Notes: generated from the sequence alone by a model not told the origin. Counted from the first letter of the stretch, positions 11,991 through 22,278 are shown. The stretch: 64,000 nucleotides of DNA from Escherichia coli (GCA_025544715.1 GCA_025544715.1_4109.2); one strand, 5' to 3'. A program made the numbers and translations.

Positions 11991-12140
11991 TTAATCAGAT
12001 TTCTTTTCGTAATCTGTAAAAACAGTCAGGATTGTTGCACATAGTGAATCAACTACTGATGCACGTGTGTTATCAAGGTCTTTAGCTAGTGCTTGAATCT
12101 CTTGAAGTTTTACTACTAAGTCGATTTTTTGATTACTCAT
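11991..12140 (-). CDS. hypothetical small protein (49 aa)
   Basis: Translated codon by codon: MSNQKIDLVVKLQEIQALAKDLDNTRASVVDSLCATILTVFTDYEKKSD; AGGAG RBS 5 nt upstream; not in the track. Confidence 0.45.
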   Translation of the reverse strand: MSNQKIDLVVKLQEIQALAKDLDNTRASVVDSLCATILTVFTDYEKKSD

Positions 12141-12162
12141 TACTTCTCCTATTGGATGTTTT

Positions 12163-12453
12163 TTAGATATTAATTTTTATACCACTAAGGTCTAGAACTT
12201 TTTTATTAGATACTGTTTCTGATTCTAATTTAGTTTCTTTTACCTCAGTGTTAATATTTACGTCATCTTTGAGAATATCAGGGATAATACCATGTTGAAT
12301 ATCATCGTACATAGAAACAACGGTTTCGGCACAAGATAACATTTCACGAACTTTGTACTGATAACCCTGTGGTAACTCATTGATGATTTCCATAATATCT
12401 AGTAATTTAGTTTGGACATCAATAAGAATTTTTCTTGATTTTTCTGGTTCCAT
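12163..12453 (-). CDS. hypothetical protein
   Basis: 96-aa ORF, 1-nt overlap with upstream gene. Confidence 0.45.
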   Translation of the reverse strand: MEPEKSRKILIDVQTKLLDIMEIINELPQGYQYKVREMLSCAETVVSMYDDIQHGIIPDILKDDVNINTEVKETKLESETVSNKKVLDLSGIKINI

Positions 12454-12959
12454 TACTCCAACTCCACAACATTACTTTTTTTGGATTTAATCACTGATGG
12501 TGGCTCATTAACGCTTGTTTGACCACGAAGTGATTTTTCCAACGCAATGATGCGTTTTAAAGTTTTTATTGATGGTCGCTTCTTCGTCAACTCAGCTTTT
12601 GCTTCTGAATAATATTTTCTTACATATCCATAGGCATAATATTTTGAACCAATGAAAATTTCAGCAACTACTGGATTTGAGTATTGTGTATCAATCCCAT
12701 TCTGTTCTGTCTCTACAGTGTAAAATGAAATATTTGTATCACATGCTGAAATTTTAGCCACCAAAAGATTTGCATCGAACTTATCTAAAATTAGAGAAAT
12801 TGTTTTTTCGGCATCAGCACTATATGGCATAGCAGACATTAAAAGTTGGAATGTCTTAAAGTACTTACTTCCACTAATCATGGTATTGAAAATCAATCCA
12901 ATGGTGATTAATGCAAGTGTACCAATACACACAAACAAAAACCAATATTCAACACTCAT
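12453..12959 (-). CDS. hypothetical membrane protein
   Basis: 168-aa ORF; N-terminal hydrophobic helix (WFLFVCIGTLALITIGLIF). Confidence 0.5.
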   Translation of the reverse strand: MSVEYWFLFVCIGTLALITIGLIFNTMISGSKYFKTFQLLMSAMPYSADAEKTISLILDKFDANLLVAKISACDTNISFYTVETEQNGIDTQYSNPVVAEIFIGSKYYAYGYVRKYYSEAKAELTKKRPSIKTLKRIIALEKSLRGQTSVNEPPSVIKSKKSNVVELE

Positions 12960-13024
12960 TTATAAATCCTCTTACTTTATATGATTAAAATGCCCCATCA
13001 AAAATGATGAGGCGGTAAGATAAA

Positions 13025-13234
13025 TTACTTACGATTTGCTTTACGCAGTTCAGATAGTTCTTCTTGAAGACTTTTCTTCCATGCAATCAAGTGAGCAAAA
13101 CGGATTGGCCTTGCACCAGTACCGTGGAATACTGCTAGAGCTTCTTCTGCTTGATGAATCTGGAATTGAATGTAGTTCACAGTGCGGTCGAAGTCGGTGA
13201 TATCTAGTACTTGTGCGTTAGTTTCTTTAGCCAT
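13025..13234 (-). CDS. hypothetical small protein
   Basis: 69-aa ORF downstream of the promoter-like element at 13318-13346. Confidence 0.45.
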   Translation of the reverse strand: MAKETNAQVLDITDFDRTVNYIQFQIHQAEEALAVFHGTGARPIRFAHLIAWKKSLQEELSELRKANRK

Positions 13235-13317
13235 TTTAATACCCTTTTATTTCTTTTTTATGAAAAACCCTCATCATTGAGGAATGGTTTGCATTTTAAT
13301 ATCTGCCGATAACAAAC

Positions 13318-13346
13318 ATTATATCACAATATCTGTTCTTGTCCAA
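13318..13346 (-). promoter_or_regulatory. promoter-like element (TTGGAC-17-TATAAT)
   Basis: Minus-strand TATAAT at 13323-13318, 17-nt spacer, TTGGAC at 13346-13341. Confidence 0.4.
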
Positions 13347-13349
13347 TTT

Positions 13350-13646
13350 TTAATTATTAGAAAGAACAATTTTTGAAACTGGTAAATCTGTATTATTTAC
13401 ACGTTGTTCATTATATCCATTCTGTACAAGAATGTCAATAACTTTAGACTTATCAATTGTAAATGATTCTAACATATCATATCGGTAATAACCAATAGTC
13501 TGACTGAACTCATATTTTCCTGGCTGTTGACGACAACACGTATTTGTTTCAGCCATAATCTTATTGATTAGGTAATATGTTTCAGTACTATCAATATTTG
13601 GAATATAGATCTTATCATCAAAATGAATTACTTCATGTTTATTCAT
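13350..13646 (-). CDS. hypothetical protein
   Basis: Track ORF 13350-13709 shortened to an internal ATG (MNKHEVIHF) to avoid a 70-nt overlap with the upstream gene. Confidence 0.4.
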   Translation of the reverse strand: MNKHEVIHFDDKIYIPNIDSTETYYLINKIMAETNTCCRQQPGKYEFSQTIGYYRYDMLESFTIDKSKVIDILVQNGYNEQRVNNTDLPVSKIVLSNN

Positions 13647-13908
13647 AGAGTGATTCAATCTCCGCTTTAAGAATGGAAATGATCTCTTTCTGAAGGCCAG
13701 TAATTTCACTGTTCAAAGATGATAGTCGCTTCGATAATGCCATGAATTGCTTTGCATCTTCTTTAGAACGGTCATTTCGTACTTTATCAGAACTCCAGTT
13801 AGCATATGATTGCTCATCTTTCCTGTTAAGGATATCCCAGTCTAAACGTACTAGTTTACGTTCTTTCTTCAGTTCGCTTAAGCGAGATTTCATTTCTTCT
13901 TTAGTCAT
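13639..13908 (-). CDS. hypothetical protein, charged and helical
   Basis: 89-aa ORF rich in K/E/R. Confidence 0.45.
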   Translation of the reverse strand: MTKEEMKSRLSELKKERKLVRLDWDILNRKDEQSYANWSSDKVRNDRSKEDAKQFMALSKRLSSLNSEITGLQKEIISILKAEIESLYE

Positions 13909-14198
13909 TAGATTGTTCCTTTCATGAAGTCTGGAATAACGATTACGATAGGAGGATTATACTCTACATAACCATTTTTTGTCAATAGACTTTTAATATC
14001 TGAAATCACATTATCATGCTGTTCAATATCTTTATCACAAAAGATTTCCAATTCTTTCTGAAACGGTTTTTTAACCGAGATGTTTTGAGTCAGTGTTTGG
14101 ATTCTCTGTAACATATCAATTGGATCTGGACTGAACTCATTACCAACATAAAGAGTACCAGATGCATCTTTTTCTAGCAAGACTTCTAAAATTTTCAT
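13908..14198 (-). CDS. hypothetical protein
   Basis: 96-aa ORF. Confidence 0.45.
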   Translation of the reverse strand: MKILEVLLEKDASGTLYVGNEFSPDPIDMLQRIQTLTQNISVKKPFQKELEIFCDKDIEQHDNVISDIKSLLTKNGYVEYNPPIVIVIPDFMKGTI

Positions 14199-15031
14199 TT
14201 CTTATCCTTCAATTTACTAAAGTTTTCTCGTGTAAATCCAGGAACTGGAAAATATACATCACAGTCAACATCAGGATTAATAATTACCATGTCATTACAT
14301 ATTATATCACGAATTTTACTACCGTCCACGATTTTTTGCATTAAATCATTCCATTTTTTACGAGAAATGACGAATGTACTAATTATACATAAATCATGTC
14401 CACGTTTTGAAATATATCCTAATACTTCATTATCGTAAACAACACGTATAGTAACTTTTCCAATTGTTACCCCTCTTACTGGATTAATACTAGTATCTTC
14501 AAAAATTAATTCTAATTTAAGTTTACCATTTGAAATAAGTGATGAAGTATATTTAGAAACCATTTTATCAATTTCTTGAGTCAAATCATCTCTACCTAGA
14601 TATTCAAATACCGAATAAGTTAATTCGTCTGCACATAACTGTTGGATAGTTGGAAGCTGGGCAACCATATCTAAAGATACAGGTTCGATATATATTCTTT
14701 CAATATCAGACGATTGTACAAATAGACAACCATCAGGTGTCGTATCTCTAACAATTTCGGCATAATATGTATAAAGATAAAAAACATTAGACTCTGATGA
14801 GTCAGTTTCTACCCAAATCTCAGATTGTTTCATTTCATCTTTATGAAGAATTCGTTGAGTAAATCCTATGTAAAAACCAAGATATAAATCATCATCAGTT
14901 TCAAACGGATTAAACATCAAATACGGATATTTGTCAAGGTACTCATTGAACTTACGCTGCACATCTCTATCACAATCCATGATATACTTTCGGAATTCAG
15001 AAATGATTATTTTTTCTAATGACATAATCAA
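14195..15031 (-). CDS. hypothetical protein
   Basis: 278-aa ORF; no recognisable motif. Confidence 0.55.
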   Translation of the reverse strand: MIMSLEKIIISEFRKYIMDCDRDVQRKFNEYLDKYPYLMFNPFETDDDLYLGFYIGFTQRILHKDEMKQSEIWVETDSSESNVFYLYTYYAEIVRDTTPDGCLFVQSSDIERIYIEPVSLDMVAQLPTIQQLCADELTYSVFEYLGRDDLTQEIDKMVSKYTSSLISNGKLKLELIFEDTSINPVRGVTIGKVTIRVVYDNEVLGYISKRGHDLCIISTFVISRKKWNDLMQKIVDGSKIRDIICNDMVIINPDVDCDVYFPVPGFTRENFSKLKDKK

Positions 15032-15225
15032 TCCTCAAGATGCATGTAGTACATAAACATCGCCAACCATATAAAAAAGCCGAAACAACGAAGTAAAATA
15101 TCAATTGTTGGATCTGTCCCACCATTAACTTGGTAAACAATTACTGGGATTAAAGCAATAGTAAGAGACACAGCACATAAGATGAATGCAACAAACACCT
15201 CAAATATAAACTTAATTGTTTCCAT
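15028..15225 (-). CDS. hypothetical small membrane protein
   Basis: 65-aa ORF with two hydrophobic segments. Confidence 0.45.
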   Translation of the reverse strand: METIKFIFEVFVAFILCAVSLTIALIPVIVYQVNGGTDPTIDILLRCFGFFIWLAMFMYYMHLED

Positions 15226-15784
15226 TATTATCCTTCAGTGTGTAGTGTAGTACATCTAAAAAGTTATACATTGATTCATTACGCATAACCTTGATTGTTA
15301 AATTACGACAACCCAACATACGTTTGAGGCGACGCTTCACCGCAGTTAAATCATGTGTACTATTCGTATACAGACCATTAACCTGACCTGGAACAGTTGG
15401 CACATGAAGAATGTAATCATAATTCATTAGTAAGCGTTGATTATATTTCTTTAATGCTTGCTTGTATTCTGAAATATTTTCAAAGAATGTACAATAACGG
15501 TCGTAACGATTCATTTTATTCAAAATTGAAATACGAAAAGCGTTACCACTATTCCAATCATCTTCAGTTGGGTTTGGGTTGATATGTGCCATGTTAGCTG
15601 TACTGTACCCACCACTTGTGAAAACTTCAGAATATCCATTCTCAAAAACATACAATGTTGCTTTGTGGCCTCGGAATTCTTTACGGTACTTTGACAGTAC
15701 TTGAATGTGATTACGCTTGGACTTGTACATCTCGTAACCTTCATAATCTGAACTGAATTCACAAATTTTATCAACACCAGCCAT
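15212..15784 (-). CDS. hypothetical protein
   Basis: 190-aa ORF. Confidence 0.5.
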   Translation of the reverse strand: MAGVDKICEFSSDYEGYEMYKSKRNHIQVLSKYRKEFRGHKATLYVFENGYSEVFTSGGYSTANMAHINPNPTEDDWNSGNAFRISILNKMNRYDRYCTFFENISEYKQALKKYNQRLLMNYDYILHVPTVPGQVNGLYTNSTHDLTAVKRRLKRMLGCRNLTIKVMRNESMYNFLDVLHYTLKDNNGNN

Positions 15785-16317
15785 TTCGTATATCCTCGTT
15801 TAATTAATATAGGAGTATTATATATACTCCATTTTCATTTGTCAAGCTTTATAATACGGAAGACTTTTTACTAAAGATTCAGACGTATTATTTTTTACCC
15901 ATGTACTACCGTTGTCATTAGATACGTATCCAGTACCATTAATAAATTTACGCATAATACCAGTAAAAATGTTAGTGTATACCATTATTCAGAATCCTTC
16001 GGTTTAGAATGCAAACCATACTTTTCATCATAACGATCATAGGTAGTGCCATTAGTACTGGCTTTGATGCTTTCGGTTCGATTGATTTTTTCAATCTTAA
16101 CACCACGATAACCAATCTCTTCTTTAAATTGTTCCCATGATTCACGTAGACTCATTTTTAGTCCCCTTTTGTTATTTCATACACTCACGTAGGTCAATCT
16201 TTTCTACTGACCCACCGAGTACTAGATAGTAAAAATTGGAATCTTTGTTAGCCATATTCAAAAGATCTGCTTTCTGTTGAAGCGTAAAGCGTGAAGTACT
16301 GTTACGTACTGGCATAG

Positions 16318-16761
16318 TTACTCCTTAAAGTAGATATCACGAATTTGCTTAATCATCTCTAACTCTTGAAGTCCTATCATACCAAAGTTTTCTTGTACTG
16401 TCAACTGTTGGAAGTACATTTCCTCTAAATTATTATAAGGAATATCCACTAATGATAAAGGAACACTTTCACCACGGTATAGCAGATCTTCAACGAAAAG
16501 TTTTAAAATCATGATAGAAAATGAATCTTTTTGGATATGAAATTTGTAAAATGTTTGGTTAGTACTGAACATTGTATTTGATGGATTGAAACCCATTTCA
16601 ACAAATACTGTATCTTTATCATTATGTTTGAAATATGTACATCTTGAATTCGCAAGAACTTTAGATTTTGGGAAATAAAAATCACCCATCAACTTCTGTC
16701 GTTTCCAATCCTCGTATACAACTGGATGCTTAACCTTCTTCAATTGGTGCAGTACTGTCAT
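16318..16761 (-). CDS. EE-FQ-S C-terminal-module family protein
   Basis: C-terminal region NNLEEMYFQQLTVQENFGMIGLQELEMIKQI. Confidence 0.5.
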   Translation of the reverse strand: MTVLHQLKKVKHPVVYEDWKRQKLMGDFYFPKSKVLANSRCTYFKHNDKDTVFVEMGFNPSNTMFSTNQTFYKFHIQKDSFSIMILKLFVEDLLYRGESVPLSLVDIPYNNLEEMYFQQLTVQENFGMIGLQELEMIKQIRDIYFKE

Positions 16762-17141
16762 AGTTTTTTCCAGTCCAATGAATCGAAATCGATTTGCTCA
16801 GGATTATCAACAGCGACAACTCGTGCATTATGAAGAGTTTCAAAGTAGCCGTTCCACGGTGTTCGTAATGGAACTGTCACATCGCCAACTTTAACCAAGA
16901 ATGAATATTCTGGTGATATTGGGTCAAACCACTCTTTTTGTTTAGCATTTTCAACGATAGTTTCGTGTTCTTTAGTATAGCAATTATCTTGCTTCATATA
17001 AAACACCCAATGCTCTTTTAGGCACTGTAAAGCAGCAACTGCTTCCTCTTTAGAAGACCATTGAATATCAATTGTATCAAGAACGTCATAACAATTTTCA
17101 GTGTCCCCTGTAGTGTAATGTACTTCAATGCTGTATTTCAT
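16758..17141 (-). CDS. hypothetical protein
   Basis: 127-aa ORF inside the family cluster but lacking the motif. Confidence 0.45.
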   Translation of the reverse strand: MKYSIEVHYTTGDTENCYDVLDTIDIQWSSKEEAVAALQCLKEHWVFYMKQDNCYTKEHETIVENAKQKEWFDPISPEYSFLVKVGDVTVPLRTPWNGYFETLHNARVVAVDNPEQIDFDSLDWKKL

Positions 17142-17596
17142 TAATCATCGCCTTTTAGTAATTTACAAATTTCAATCATATGATAATAACATGTATTCCA
17201 AAATTGTCCATTAGTACTTCCAACATCATGCACTGTACTTTGCTGGAACACATATTCATCGTTGAACATCATTTTAATATCATCAATGTAAAATTCTGGT
17301 TTTGAATCATTATTGTATTCAATACTCGTTTCACCATCTGGATCAAGTGAAATTGATGATATGTCGTGAATTCCTCTCGGATTTGTTGGATAAATTCTCA
17401 ACGTAAGAGGATAGAAGTCTGGATCGGTTTCATAAGTATATTCGATTATGTAATAACCATCACCAGTAATTGATTGATATTTAAATGTAGTTTCAATTGA
17501 ATTTGAGATGTTAAATCCCAGTTTCTTTATCTCATGTAGATGTGATAATATTTTATGTAAAGATCCTAAAACATGAATCAAATTATCAATTTTCAT
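17141..17596 (-). CDS. EE-FQ-S C-terminal-module family protein
   Basis: C-terminal region FNDEYVFQQSTVHDVGST. Confidence 0.5.
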   Translation of the reverse strand: MKIDNLIHVLGSLHKILSHLHEIKKLGFNISNSIETTFKYQSITGDGYYIIEYTYETDPDFYPLTLRIYPTNPRGIHDISSISLDPDGETSIEYNNDSKPEFYIDDIKMMFNDEYVFQQSTVHDVGSTNGQFWNTCYYHMIEICKLLKGDD

Positions 17597-18108
17597 TTAC
17601 GATCCTTTGAAAAGTTCAGTTTAAAAGTTTTACCAAATTCCATTGTAGCTTTACCCAGATTGTTAATATTTTCTTTCAACATTTCTTGCATCTTCCTAAT
17701 ACTTTCAATCCAGGTTTCTTCTTCGATACGAAGAATTGGTCGCAATCGTTCCTGAATATCGTTAAAACGTGTATTGAGTTCAACCAATGATTCATATGTG
17801 AAATCTTTCATATCGATAATAGTACTTCTTTGAAAGAATTCTTCTTCAGACAAATTACTTAAAATGATTTTATCACGACCAATAGATAATGTCAATTCAT
17901 CATCTTTATTTTTTTTAATTACAATACTAACAGGTGTTTTTAATGTAATGCAAATATCATGATTATTAAATGTTTCAGTTTGGTTTGACATTCTGAATTG
18001 AAGTTTCCCAGATAAAGCATGTACTGGTGATGGTTGCTTTTTACCAGTAATAACATCTTCCCATGAATCGAGAATATTATTAATAATTTTAACATAAGGA
18101 ATTGGCAT
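17593..18108 (-). CDS. EE-FQ-S module family protein with C-terminal extension
   Basis: LSEEEFFQRSTIIDMKDFTYESL...; start moved to ATG at 18106-18108 (AGGTG RBS), below the terminator hairpin. Confidence 0.5.
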   Translation of the reverse strand: MPIPYVKIINNILDSWEDVITGKKQPSPVHALSGKLQFRMSNQTETFNNHDICITLKTPVSIVIKKNKDDELTLSIGRDKIILSNLSEEEFFQRSTIIDMKDFTYESLVELNTRFNDIQERLRPILRIEEETWIESIRKMQEMLKENINNLGKATMEFGKTFKLNFSKDRK

Positions 18109-18120
18109 ATATGCACCTAT

Positions 18121-18147
18121 GAAAAATCCACGCAATGCGTGGATTTG
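18121..18147 (-). terminator. rho-independent terminator
   Basis: Stem AATCCACGC/GCGTGGATT followed on the minus strand by TTTT. Confidence 0.5.
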
Positions 18148-18150
18148 TAA

Positions 18151-18681
18151 TTATTCAAGTATAGTAATTTCAATTAAACGAATTTCGATAAACTCGTTTT
18201 CAGTTTCCCATGACGTGCCAAATTTCTTTTCAAGTTCAGATTTCACATCACTTTTAAATTTTCCCATAGTATTAGGAATAATTTGTTTGGTTAATTTGTC
18301 GTAACCACAATAAAACATAGGTTTCTCCCTTCGAGATATTAGCTGAACAAAATCTTTTGGATATGCAGGTATGTTATGCATCACTTCATGAATACACTCA
18401 GTACTTGAATCTTGTACTTTGTAGATTACATTAAGTTTACCTCTGAAATTTGCGGTCATATCAACAATAGTTCCTTTACCCGATTTAAGTAAAGTTCCAT
18501 TCTTTGAATGAGAGCAATAAAATACCTCATCACCAATATTAGGATAATACAAATTAAATTCTAATTCAGATTTTACAGCCAGCCGTTTGAAACTTTCTGT
18601 ACGTTTTATATAAGTTTGGTATTTGTTTATGTTCAAAAGAATATCTCTCTTAGTAAATGTGATATAACTGGCATAGTCCAT
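18151..18681 (-). CDS. hypothetical protein
   Basis: 176-aa ORF immediately downstream of the methyltransferase gene. Confidence 0.45.
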   Translation of the reverse strand: MDYASYITFTKRDILLNINKYQTYIKRTESFKRLAVKSELEFNLYYPNIGDEVFYCSHSKNGTLLKSGKGTIVDMTANFRGKLNVIYKVQDSSTECIHEVMHNIPAYPKDFVQLISRREKPMFYCGYDKLTKQIIPNTMGKFKSDVKSELEKKFGTSWETENEFIEIRLIEITILE

Positions 18682-19493
18682 CCATTCCCAAGCATTTTGT
18701 ATGCTTGTGTCTTACTAGACACTTTAAAGAAATCTTCAGGAACACCCTGTAATTTACAACATTCTACTACACTTAAGTGTCTATAGTCAATATTTCTTTT
18801 GCCATTCTCTAATAGATATTGACGATTAATCACTGGATCACGAAACACCAATTGTCGTCTGGATTTATTAAAGTACTGGTTACAATCACCACCTTTAAAA
18901 TAGTTAGCATCTATACAGTACGAAGCGGTTCTGTCAGTGTACCAACCATCTTCAATAATATCTTGAAGTTTAGGTGCATTGGATAATGCAGGTGGTATAA
19001 AAAGCTTATCAGTACTGTACCAGTAATATCTCTGCCTGAAGTGAGGCGTATAATGCTGGGAGTTTATCAGTACTGGCGTGATTCCTAAAATACTATTAAT
19101 GTATTCTTTGAAATCTTCCTTCATTTTGACATTTTCAAACAGAAATTTCAAGTTAGGATTGAGACTTTTGATATGATCAAAAATTTCAACCATTACTAAA
19201 AATAACTGCCCACGTATATCATTTAAACCACCCTGTTTACCTGCAACTGACCAGGCTTGGCATGGGAAACCACCCATTAATAAATCTATTTTGTCCCACT
19301 CAATATCCCATTCTCTCCACTTAGTTACATCACCCAATTGGATAATATCAGGAAAGTTAGATTGAGATTCAGCTATTGCGTACTTATCAATTTCGGATGA
19401 ATAATATTTTTCAACTGGGATACCAGCATCTTGCAATGCCATATATCCCACACTCATTCCATTAAAAAGAGAAAGTACTCGGATAGGTTTCAT
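18633..19493 (-). CDS. DNA (cytosine-5)-methyltransferase, Dcm-like
   Basis: Motif I LFNGMSVG, motif IV GFPCQAWS (catalytic Cys), motif VI FENV. Confidence 0.85.
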   Translation of the reverse strand: MKPIRVLSLFNGMSVGYMALQDAGIPVEKYYSSEIDKYAIAESQSNFPDIIQLGDVTKWREWDIEWDKIDLLMGGFPCQAWSVAGKQGGLNDIRGQLFLVMVEIFDHIKSLNPNLKFLFENVKMKEDFKEYINSILGITPVLINSQHYTPHFRQRYYWYSTDKLFIPPALSNAPKLQDIIEDGWYTDRTASYCIDANYFKGGDCNQYFNKSRRQLVFRDPVINRQYLLENGKRNIDYRHLSVVECCKLQGVPEDFFKVSSKTQAYKMLGNGWTMPVISHLLREIFF

Positions 19494-19545
19494 ATAAAAT
19501 CCTTTTTATATTGTTAAGGTACTATAATATATTATAGCATCTTAT

Positions 19546-19836
19546 TTAGAAATCTTCCAAACTTTTTTCATCACACCATCGTGATGTACAGATGATTGCA
19601 GATGCCAGAATTGAAGAACTTGCACGTCCTCCACCGAGTAAGTACTGGCTAATTACGCCAATCATATTGAACACTTTATCATACTCGGTTAGTTGTTCAA
19701 AACCTTTCTTCCAATGCTGATATTCTTCTTCTGTGATATTAAACTCACCATCAAGTTCCTTTAAAATCTTTTTAAGCACAGCACTATGTTCACTCATCAT
19801 CATCTCCATATCGTTCGTCATAAAAATCATCATCAC
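19546..19836 (-). CDS. hypothetical protein
   Basis: 96-aa ORF with Met-rich N-terminus. Confidence 0.4.
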   Translation of the reverse strand: MMMIFMTNDMEMMMSEHSAVLKKILKELDGEFNITEEEYQHWKKGFEQLTEYDKVFNMIGVISQYLLGGGRASSSILASAIICTSRWCDEKSLEDF

Positions 19837-19875
19837 GATCTAATGGTTCTTTTGGCTTTTCAGACATATATTTCC

Positions 19876-20136
19876 TCACATGGTAAATGTATTATCACCA
19901 TCCATATCTTCATCAGTTGCTTCAGCTAATGTCTTGATTGTAAGTAATCCACGCTTCACGTACAACATGAAGACCTTTTCATAATTACCAAACATAATCT
20001 CAGGTGACATGTAATTCTCTGTTACAATGACGATTGGACGGCCCTGTGAAAGCATACGAAACATAGTACGATATTTGTCAAATGTGCGAAATTCATCCAT
20101 GTTCATCATGTGGCGTTTACGAACTACTTTAGTCAT
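19876..20136 (-). CDS. hypothetical protein
   Basis: 86-aa ORF. Confidence 0.4.
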   Translation of the reverse strand: MTKVVRKRHMMNMDEFRTFDKYRTMFRMLSQGRPIVIVTENYMSPEIMFGNYEKVFMLYVKRGLLTIKTLAEATDEDMDGDNTFTM

Positions 20137-20150
20137 CTTATTACCTTTAG

Positions 20151-20591
20151 TTAATTGAACTCTACTTCTGGATAATGATTATAGAACATCTCACGAACTG
20201 CGTCAAGATGTTCTTTAAATTTCTCAATGTCATCGAGTGTTAATATAGTGTCACATATAGTACTTAACTGAAAGAGTGATTCTTCAGTACTGTTTAACTC
20301 CAAATCAAATGTAGATGACGATTCATCTGAGATAATATTACCACATATTTCAAATGTGTCAATATGAACATCATTCAGTTTATTACCAATATAATCATTA
20401 TATATGAACACAAAAATGTATGATGATTTTTTAGTATAGGTTTTAACATCATATGTTATGTAACATTTAAAGTCAAATGTATCATATTCCAATGATACAA
20501 TTCCAACATCACGATATTCGTTTGTTTCACTTGTTAAATCCGGTATAGATGTAATACCTAATAAATCAAAAAACTTTATTGGATTTAGCAT
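20151..20591 (-). CDS. EE-FQ-S C-terminal-module family protein
   Basis: C-terminal region NSTEESLFQLSTICDTILTLDDIEKF. Confidence 0.5.
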   Translation of the reverse strand: MLNPIKFFDLLGITSIPDLTSETNEYRDVGIVSLEYDTFDFKCYITYDVKTYTKKSSYIFVFIYNDYIGNKLNDVHIDTFEICGNIISDESSSTFDLELNSTEESLFQLSTICDTILTLDDIEKFKEHLDAVREMFYNHYPEVEFN

Positions 20592-21037
20592 TTGATTACC
20601 TTTGGATTTTGTTCGATTATGTCAAATAATGACAAAACCATTTCATTTATTTTTTCAAAACTTAAGACTATATAACTTAAATCTTTATAATCATAATTAA
20701 AATTTTGAATAAGTGATTCCTGGAAATATCCTTCTTCTGTTATGCATGTACTTGCATTATATATAGTTGTACAAGTCACATCAGTATAAGTTGAAATAAT
20801 TTCAATAATGTCAGATATAGTATTGTATATTAACATAACTGTTGTTGTTCTGATAAGTGGGTTGTAAAAGGATAACTCAGTACGGTCATAGGTCTTTTCA
20901 ATATGAACTATACATGAATGTGAATAAGAACTACTAATATGTATATACTCTTTAGGTGATACTACACTTTTGGTATCGAAATTACAAGATAATGCAATTT
21001 CAAAATGTTTTTTTATTTCGTCAACATTCATCCTCAC
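20585..21037 (-). CDS. EE-FQ-S C-terminal-module family protein
   Basis: C-terminal region CITEEGYFQESLIQNFNYDYKDLSYIVL. Confidence 0.5.
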   Translation of the reverse strand: MRMNVDEIKKHFEIALSCNFDTKSVVSPKEYIHISSSYSHSCIVHIEKTYDRTELSFYNPLIRTTTVMLIYNTISDIIEIISTYTDVTCTTIYNASTCITEEGYFQESLIQNFNYDYKDLSYIVLSFEKINEMVLSLFDIIEQNPKVIKC

Positions 21038-21405
21038 TCACCATTAATTTTTATATTTGTATAGTCTAATGCTTTTTTAACAATATCGATTTCTGTAATT
21101 CCTATTACATTTTTCTCAATCACTGACAATTGGAATAGTTCCTCTTCGGAAATATCAATACTGTGGATTCTTGTACAATAATCGTTGAAGTCATATACAT
21201 ATCGTATTGTATAGTCGTTTATAGAAACTGATACAATTGCAATCCCATCATGGATATAAGTTAGTTCATTTGAGTATCTATTAAAAATTAACCTATCTGG
21301 TGAACCTAATGGTAGTTGAAATGTATTTCTAGTATCTTGAACAATAACAAAATCATCATCTATATTTTTACTCAGAACACCCAAAATATCATATATAGTA
21401 GTCAT
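21034..21405 (-). CDS. EE-FQ-S C-terminal-module family protein
   Basis: C-terminal region DISEEELFQLSVIEKNVIGITEIDIVKKAL. Confidence 0.5.
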   Translation of the reverse strand: MTTIYDILGVLSKNIDDDFVIVQDTRNTFQLPLGSPDRLIFNRYSNELTYIHDGIAIVSVSINDYTIRYVYDFNDYCTRIHSIDISEEELFQLSVIEKNVIGITEIDIVKKALDYTNIKINGE

Positions 21406-21406
21406 G

Positions 21407-21811
21407 TTATTCTTTACCTTCAGCAGTTCTGATAATTTTCATAACTTCTCTGGATAGTGCATATACTTTTTTATAGTGCTCATACGTTACTGAACCAACA
21501 TTATTAATAGTACTTTCCATGAAGAAAGTTTCTTCTGTATACAGTTCATTTGACAATGCAACCAGTTCTTGGTGAAATTTTGAGTCCTTCCAATAACGAA
21601 ATTCAAAAACAAATTGTCCGTCATGTCCGACTCTACAACATTCAGAACGATCACTGTCTACACAGCTAATAACAATATCACTTTCTGAATCATACCAGAT
21701 ATTTCCCATATTTGTTTCAATAACAGCATAATCAATTTTTGTAGAATTGGGAATTAAACCTTTTTTCACCAGCACTAAACTGGTATTGTCAATATCTAGT
21801 AAACTTACCAT
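21407..21811 (-). CDS. EE-FQ-S C-terminal-module family protein
   Basis: C-terminal region LYTEETFFMESTINNVGSVTYEHYKKVYAL. Confidence 0.5.
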   Translation of the reverse strand: MVSLLDIDNTSLVLVKKGLIPNSTKIDYAVIETNMGNIWYDSESDIVISCVDSDRSECCRVGHDGQFVFEFRYWKDSKFHQELVALSNELYTEETFFMESTINNVGSVTYEHYKKVYALSREVMKIIRTAEGKE

Positions 21812-21812
21812 A

Positions 21813-22223
21813 TCAATTCCTCATTACTAAAGTGTTTTTAATCTCTAACAATTTACTATAAATCTTCTTGAATTGTAATATATCTTCAAAAGTAATACCA
21901 CCAAGATCATCAACTAATGAACGTTGGAATAAAGATTCACTTGTTTGTAATGTATCTAAATCGGTGATTTTTAATAAAGAACTTGGATTAAGTGTTTCGA
22001 CTAGTAGTATGTTTTTGTATGGTACATATGTAATCTTGATGTTCTTTTTATAATTAATCTTATAAAATCGCATAATTGACGATTCATCACTTAGTTGGAT
22101 AATTGGGTCGTCTTGTTCATTAGACCACCATACAGTACTAGTCATATGATTGACGTGGTGGTTCAATTCTGATATGTTCAAATCTAAAAAATATTTTATT
22201 TCATTGTGTAAATCTAAACTCAT
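21813..22223 (-). CDS. EE-FQ-S C-terminal-module family protein
   Basis: C-terminal region LQTSESLFQRSLVDDLGGITFEDILQF. Confidence 0.5.
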   Translation of the reverse strand: MSLDLHNEIKYFLDLNISELNHHVNHMTSTVWWSNEQDDPIIQLSDESSIMRFYKINYKKNIKITYVPYKNILLVETLNPSSLLKITDLDTLQTSESLFQRSLVDDLGGITFEDILQFKKIYSKLLEIKNTLVMRN

Positions 22224-22278
22224 AAATTTATCCTCAATGCAGCATCATCATGTATTGTAGGATAAACCCACAATAATG

